A stretch of 64,000 bases of DNA from Bacteroidales bacterium (GTDB lineage: Bacteria; Bacteroidota; Bacteroidia; Bacteroidales; UBA10428): assembly GCA_016934395.1 (NCBI GenBank), contig JAFGSZ010000017.1, positions 54,345-118,344 on the forward strand. Direction: 5' to 3'. Position 1 is the first letter of the stretch, and each line of letters opens with the position of its first letter. This document shows, piece by piece, positions 59,250 through 64,000 of the stretch. Below the pieces are notes generated by a model. It had not been told where the DNA came from. It searched no databases and saw only the letters and a program-made list of their open reading frames with translations. Position numbers and translations under genes: made by a program.

Positions 59250-61937
59250 TTACAATAAAGTTATTCTTGATTTAAGAATTCCTTTTTCAGGTACATCAGC
59301 TGTTTTCTGAGGTTGTGTGCCTCCAACAAATATATCAAAGCGACCTGGAAGCGTTACCCTTTCAAAGTTATTATCGATAATTGAAAATGCATCTGAAGGA
59401 ATTAGAAAATGAACTGTTTTGGTTTCACCCGGCAATATATTTACTCTTTTAAAACCTTTTAATGTACGTATAGGTACAGGTACTTTTGCATCGAGATTTG
59501 ATACATATAACTGGACAACTTCGTCACCTGCCATCTTACCGGTATTTGTAACATCTACAGCAACTTCTACCAAATCTCCTATATGATATTCTTTATTAAT
59601 GTTCAGATTATTATATCTGAAAGTTGTATAGCTTAGTCCGTAACCAAAAGGATATAAAGGTTCTCCCTTAAAATACCTGTAAGTCTGGCCCACCATTCTG
59701 TATTCTTCAAAAGAAGGAAGATCTTCTGCTGATTTATAAAAGGTAACCGGTAGTCGTCCTCCAGGATTATAATCTCCAAAAAGTACATCGGCAATTGCCT
59801 GTCCTGCAGCCTGACCGGTGTACCATGCTTCCAATACCGCCGGAATTTTTTCATTTTCCCAGTTAATAGCCAGTGCACTTCCATTTAATAGTACTAAAAC
59901 CACAGGTTTACCCAATGCATAAATTTCTTTAATAAGTTGTTGCTGAACATACGGTAAATCAAGCCGCGTGCGGTCACCGCCTCTGAATCCTTCAATTTCT
60001 ATGTCCAACTGCTCACCTTCTAGTGATGCAGAAAGGCCCATACATAAAACAATAAGATCAGCCTTTTTAGCAGTTTCAACTGCCTGATGTCTTAATTCTT
60101 CGTTTGGATTTGTTCTGGGTTTGGCCCATACCAATTGTACCTGTGCATCAGCATAAGATTCGCCGGCTTCAATTTTAAGTGCATATTTTTTACCTGCTTC
60201 AAGAAATATCGGTTCCGATTTTTTTAGCCGCGGATCACCATATTCGTCCCTGAAATGATAGGCGGTATTTAAAATCAAACTGTCATTTAAATAAAAATCT
60301 ACTTTACAGGATGTAATAATTCCCAGACGGTATTTCCCGGTTAACTCAGGTACTATGTCCCCTGTCCAGCGCACACCAAAATTATCATCGTCCATATCCT
60401 CCCTTGGGGCTTTATTATACCAGTTTGCATCAAGTTTGTCAACAGTTTCAGTATAAAGAACATTACCGCTACGCTCTTTATTATTATAGTATTCTGCTTT
60501 TAAACCATTTTCATTTCCATTAAACAGAACTTCTGAGGACACCATTTCAAACATGGGCATTCCTTCTGCAAGTTCACTTCCCTGTGCATAGAGCACTTTT
60601 GAATGGTCTCCCAGTTTTTCTTTTATTCCTCTTAAAGGAGTAACCGGATCTGCCGGAACCCCATTATAATTACCAAGAAGCATCAGCCATTGGTCGGAAT
60701 TTGGACCTATAACAGCTACAGTCCCAACTTTTTCTTTATTGAGGGGCAAAATATTATTTTCGTTTTTTAATAATACAATTGATTTCCGGGCAGATTCCAG
60801 GGCCAGTTCCCTGTGTTCTTTACTGTCTACAACACTGTATGGGATATTTGTATATTTTACCATTTCCGGCGGATCGAACATGCCTAATTTAAACCGGGCA
60901 GTAAACAATCTTTTTACTGCGATGTCAATTTCCTGTTCATCAATCAGATTGTTTTTTACAGCGTCTACAAGGCTCCCGTAAACTGTGGCACATTCAAGAT
61001 CAGTTCCTGATTTTACGGCCAGTGAAGCAGCTTCTTCAGGTGTAGCCACCACTTTATGATCTTTATAAATATCTGTTATAGCGCCACAATCGGATACCAC
61101 GTATCCATCAAAATTCCACTCATCTCTTAAAATGCCATTAAGCAAATGATTACTGCCACAACAGGCTTCTCCATTATAACGGTTGTAAGCACACATTACA
61201 GAATATGCTTTACCCTCCTTAATACCCATTTCGAACTGGGGCAGATAGGTCTCTTTTAAGTCCCTTTCATCGGTCTGAGCATCAAATCGATGCCTTTCTG
61301 GTTCAGGGCCGCTGTGAACGGCATAATGTTTAACCGTGGCAATTGTTTTGAAATATTCCGGATCATCGCCCTGAAGTCCTTTAATAAACTGGACTCCCAG
61401 CTTACCGGTAAGAAAGGGATCTTCCCCATAAGTTTCCTGACCTCTTCCCCAGCGTGGATCACGAAAAATGTTAATGTTGGGAGACCAGAACGTAAGTCCC
61501 TGGTAAATAAATCTTTTACCCTTTTTTTCGAAATCATGATGTTTTGCCCTGGCTTCATCTGAAATAGCCGTTGAAACACGGAACATCAGATCTTCATCCC
61601 AGGTGGCTCCTAAACCAATAGCTTGCGGAAATACAGTCGCTAATCCTGCTCTGGCTACTCCGTGAAGACATTCATTCCACCAGTTATATTCAGGAATACC
61701 CAAACGCTCAATAGCTGGAGAGGCATTCATCATTTGGCTTACTTTTTCTTCGAGGGTTAATCTTTCTACCAGATCGTTCACCCGTTCTTCGATGCTTAAG
61801 TTGGTATTATAAAAAGGTAAGTCTTTAACATTCTTTTTTGTATTGCATGAGTTTATCGAAAACAATATAAAAAGAACAAGGATTACTTTAGCTAGTCTTT
61901 TAAAACGAATAAAAATTTGTTGCTTTATTGTCAGCAT
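59250..61937 (-). CDS. GH3 beta-xylosidase/beta-glucosidase with an inserted PA14 domain (lipoprotein)
   Basis: 895 aa. Lipobox FSINSC. GH3 nucleophile segment GYVVSDCGA. PA14-like insert (GLKAEYYNN...FGVRWTGDIVPELTGKYRLG). C-terminal Fn3-like domain (GDEVVQLYVSN). Confidence 0.85.
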   Translation of the reverse strand: MLTIKQQIFIRFKRLAKVILVLFILFSINSCNTKKNVKDLPFYNTNLSIEERVNDLVERLTLEEKVSQMMNASPAIERLGIPEYNWWNECLHGVARAGLATVFPQAIGLGATWDEDLMFRVSTAISDEARAKHHDFEKKGKRFIYQGLTFWSPNINIFRDPRWGRGQETYGEDPFLTGKLGVQFIKGLQGDDPEYFKTIATVKHYAVHSGPEPERHRFDAQTDERDLKETYLPQFEMGIKEGKAYSVMCAYNRYNGEACCGSNHLLNGILRDEWNFDGYVVSDCGAITDIYKDHKVVATPEEAASLAVKSGTDLECATVYGSLVDAVKNNLIDEQEIDIAVKRLFTARFKLGMFDPPEMVKYTNIPYSVVDSKEHRELALESARKSIVLLKNENNILPLNKEKVGTVAVIGPNSDQWLMLLGNYNGVPADPVTPLRGIKEKLGDHSKVLYAQGSELAEGMPMFEMVSSEVLFNGNENGLKAEYYNNKERSGNVLYTETVDKLDANWYNKAPREDMDDDNFGVRWTGDIVPELTGKYRLGIITSCKVDFYLNDSLILNTAYHFRDEYGDPRLKKSEPIFLEAGKKYALKIEAGESYADAQVQLVWAKPRTNPNEELRHQAVETAKKADLIVLCMGLSASLEGEQLDIEIEGFRGGDRTRLDLPYVQQQLIKEIYALGKPVVLVLLNGSALAINWENEKIPAVLEAWYTGQAAGQAIADVLFGDYNPGGRLPVTFYKSAEDLPSFEEYRMVGQTYRYFKGEPLYPFGYGLSYTTFRYNNLNINKEYHIGDLVEVAVDVTNTGKMAGDEVVQLYVSNLDAKVPVPIRTLKGFKRVNILPGETKTVHFLIPSDAFSIIDNNFERVTLPGRFDIFVGGTQPQKTADVPEKGILKSRITLL

Positions 61938-62607
61938 CTTTTATGGTTTATATGGTTAATATTTGGATTAAGGATTACAAGTTAATTAAATTAATAATAA
62001 AAATTATTCAGCAATTATTACAGTAAAAATAAATTACAGATTTCTAATGACTTATTTTTCAATTTATCTCAACATCAATTATTAAATTATTATACAACCA
62101 AAATCGCATTCTGAGTTTAAATTTTGACAATATTATAGAATTTCCATTAAATAAGCACAACAAATAATTCCCTTTAAATTAAATTTATTCAGATAATTAC
62201 AATTTCAACAAACCTTAAAGTTGCATAACAAAATTGTCTTTTTCTTGAGATAAAAATTATCAATCACAATACAGATGCACGGATTGTTTTGCAACACGTT
62301 TCTGCAACAAAATAAATGTATACGACCCTTTAAAAAAATAAGGCTGAAGAGCCTGTTTTACTTGCAAAAGTTATTTGGTATTGTTGAAATTTTGTACTTA
62401 ATTTAAATCAATTATATGAGTGTTTAAATTACAGTATATCTGAAATACAACTAATATTATATTTATTTTATATACTATTTGGAAGCCTTATTTATTGGGA
62501 GGAAAAATCATAATAACAATGAACAAATTTGGATATTTGAAATTTAAATTTTAAAAACAGGAATAAATAAATACACAATAATTTATAAAGTTAACCAATA
62601 GATACTG

Positions 62608-63423
62608 ATGAACAAAACAATTCAAGAACTTGAAAAAATGGCCCGTAAGTTAAGGTACAACGTTGTACAAATGATTGGCGTCGGTCAAAAGGGTCATTTA
62701 GGCGGATCCTGTTCCCTTGCGGATATTGTGGCGGTCTTGTATTTCTCAAGAATGAAACATAAACCAGAGAATCCTTCATGGGAAGATAGAGACAGATTTC
62801 TTCTGAGTAAGGGCCATGCTGCTCTTATTCAGTATGCAGCCCTTGCAGAGGCAGGATATTTTTCAAAAGATGAAATTAATAAAGTTAAAAGTCTGGGAGC
62901 CATGTTACAAGGTCATCCCGATATGAAAACTACTCCGGGAATTGAAGCAAATACCGGATCATTAGGACAAGGGCTATCTATGGCTTGCGGAATTGCAGCC
63001 GGTCTAAAACTTGACAAAAAAGAAAGTAATGTATATTGTATTATTGGTGATGGCGAAATAGCTGAGGGACAAATATGGGAAGCAGCAATGACTGCTTCGT
63101 ATTATAAACTCGATAACCTAGTTGTATTTCTGGATAAAAATAATTTGCAGGCTACGGGTCAGATTATTAGGCGATACAATACGAATCCATTGGTGGAAAA
63201 ATGGTTAGCCTTCGGCTGGCATGTTTTAGAAACGGATGGACATAATATTAAGGAAATAATTGAGACACTTGATAAAGCGGATACCATTAAAGGCCAGCCA
63301 AAACTGATAATTGCACATACCATAAAGGGTAAAGGTATACCATTCGCTGAAGATGTAGTTGCATTTCATAATGGTGAGCTTACTCAGGATCAATTTGAAC
63401 AGGCTTGTAAAGAATTAACTTAA
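62608..63423 (+). CDS. Transketolase, N-terminal (TPP-binding) subunit
   Basis: 271 aa. GHLGGSCSLADIV, SKGHAALIQYA, and GDGEIAEGQIWEA (TPP GDG motif). Confidence 0.9.
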   Translation: MNKTIQELEKMARKLRYNVVQMIGVGQKGHLGGSCSLADIVAVLYFSRMKHKPENPSWEDRDRFLLSKGHAALIQYAALAEAGYFSKDEINKVKSLGAMLQGHPDMKTTPGIEANTGSLGQGLSMACGIAAGLKLDKKESNVYCIIGDGEIAEGQIWEAAMTASYYKLDNLVVFLDKNNLQATGQIIRRYNTNPLVEKWLAFGWHVLETDGHNIKEIIETLDKADTIKGQPKLIIAHTIKGKGIPFAEDVVAFHNGELTQDQFEQACKELT

Positions 63424-63438
63424 CCAGGAGAACTTTTT

Positions 63439-64000
63439 ATGAAAATACAAAATCCAAGACAAGTTTATGGTGAGACACTCCTTGAACTTGGAAAAGAGAA
63501 TAAAAATATTGTGGTATTAGAAGCAGATCTAAGTAAATCGACCATGTCCTGTCTTTTCGAAGAACAATTTCCAAATCGGTTTTTTGAGATGGGCATCGGT
63601 GAAGCTAATATGACTTCTTTCGCAGCTGGTCTTTCATTAACAGGTAAAGTAGCTTTTACAAATTCATTTGCTGTTTTTGCCTCAGGACGTGCCTATGATC
63701 AGATACGTCAGGCAATCTGCATATCGAAACTCAATGTGAAGATCGTAGGTTCCAGCGCAGGCTTATCTGACTTTGGAGATGGTTCAACTCACCAATCTGT
63801 TGAAGATGCAGCTATAATGCGGGCCATTCCGAATATGACAGTTTTGGTGCCTGCTGATGGTATTGAAACAAGGAAAATGACCCGGAAAATAGCGGCATAT
63901 AACGGACCTGTATATATGCGCTTAAACCGAAATGATTTACCTGACGTTTTTCCCGAAGATGAAGAGTATGAGATTGGTGAGCCCTATTTAGTAAGAGAGG
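63439..64000 (+). CDS. Transketolase, C-terminal (pyrimidine-binding) subunit, truncated by the window end
   Basis: Starts with ATG 16 nt after the N-subunit stop. Contains FFEMGIGEANM and GSTHQSVEDAAIMRAIPNM. The ORF runs off the window. Confidence 0.88.
   Translation, partial: MKIQNPRQVYGETLLELGKENKNIVVLEADLSKSTMSCLFEEQFPNRFFEMGIGEANMTSFAAGLSLTGKVAFTNSFAVFASGRAYDQIRQAICISKLNVKIVGSSAGLSDFGDGSTHQSVEDAAIMRAIPNMTVLVPADGIETRKMTRKIAAYNGPVYMRLNRNDLPDVFPEDEEYEIGEPYLVRE

Overview
The window looks like a low-GC Bacteroidota chromosome segment. Evidence: a T9SS C-terminal sorting domain, the rpmB-rpmG-DUF4295-ftsY arrangement, and exact TAnnTTTG -7 promoter boxes. No database search was possible, so every call rests on motifs read by eye.

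Layout:
- 1-21.5 kb: housekeeping genes (gyrA, clpC, rimO, ftsY, rpmG/rpmB, cinA, tRNA-Gly, tRNA-Thr, M48 peptidase, fabG, sucD, mnmE, purF).
- 22-31.4 kb: an accessory stretch with signs of gene decay. It holds a secreted GH16-CBM-TSP3-T9SS protein interrupted by one in-frame TGA, a truncated PD40 fragment, unknown proteins, a HisKA_2/LytTR two-component pair, and an outer-membrane protein/lipoprotein pair.
- 31.4-36.8 kb: a five-gene corrinoid (B12)-dependent methyltransferase cluster. It has two MtaA/CmuA-type (UroD-fold) methyltransferases, one fused to tandem thioredoxin-fold domains. It also has a His-on corrinoid protein, a COG0523 GTPase with a degenerate metal motif, and a MetH-activation-domain-like protein.
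- 40-62 kb: a SusCD-less glucuronoxylan and glucuronate utilisation locus. It contains GH67, GH115, GH10, two GH3, GH43, a GPH symporter, a LacI regulator with two palindromic operators, ManD and an SDR. A PmoA-family/oxidoreductase pair and an Isf-like flavoprotein are embedded in it.
- 62.6 kb to the end: a split transketolase.

The best candidate for an undescribed system is the corrinoid methyltransferase cluster. It lies about 3 kb from enzymes that release 4-O-methyl-glucuronate. I propose, as inference only, that it is an anaerobic O-demethylase or methyl-transfer module with an unusual reactivation set.

Other items worth a second look:
- a 141-bp tandem repeat (2.5 copies) with a conserved-stem, variable-loop hairpin after mnmE
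- related dispersed hairpin elements
- a 3'-half tRNA-Thr duplicate carrying a 20-nt hairpin insertion
- two in-frame nonsense codons
- 835 bp of structured non-coding DNA at the left edge

I saw no CRISPR array, transposase, integrase or recognisable defence genes.
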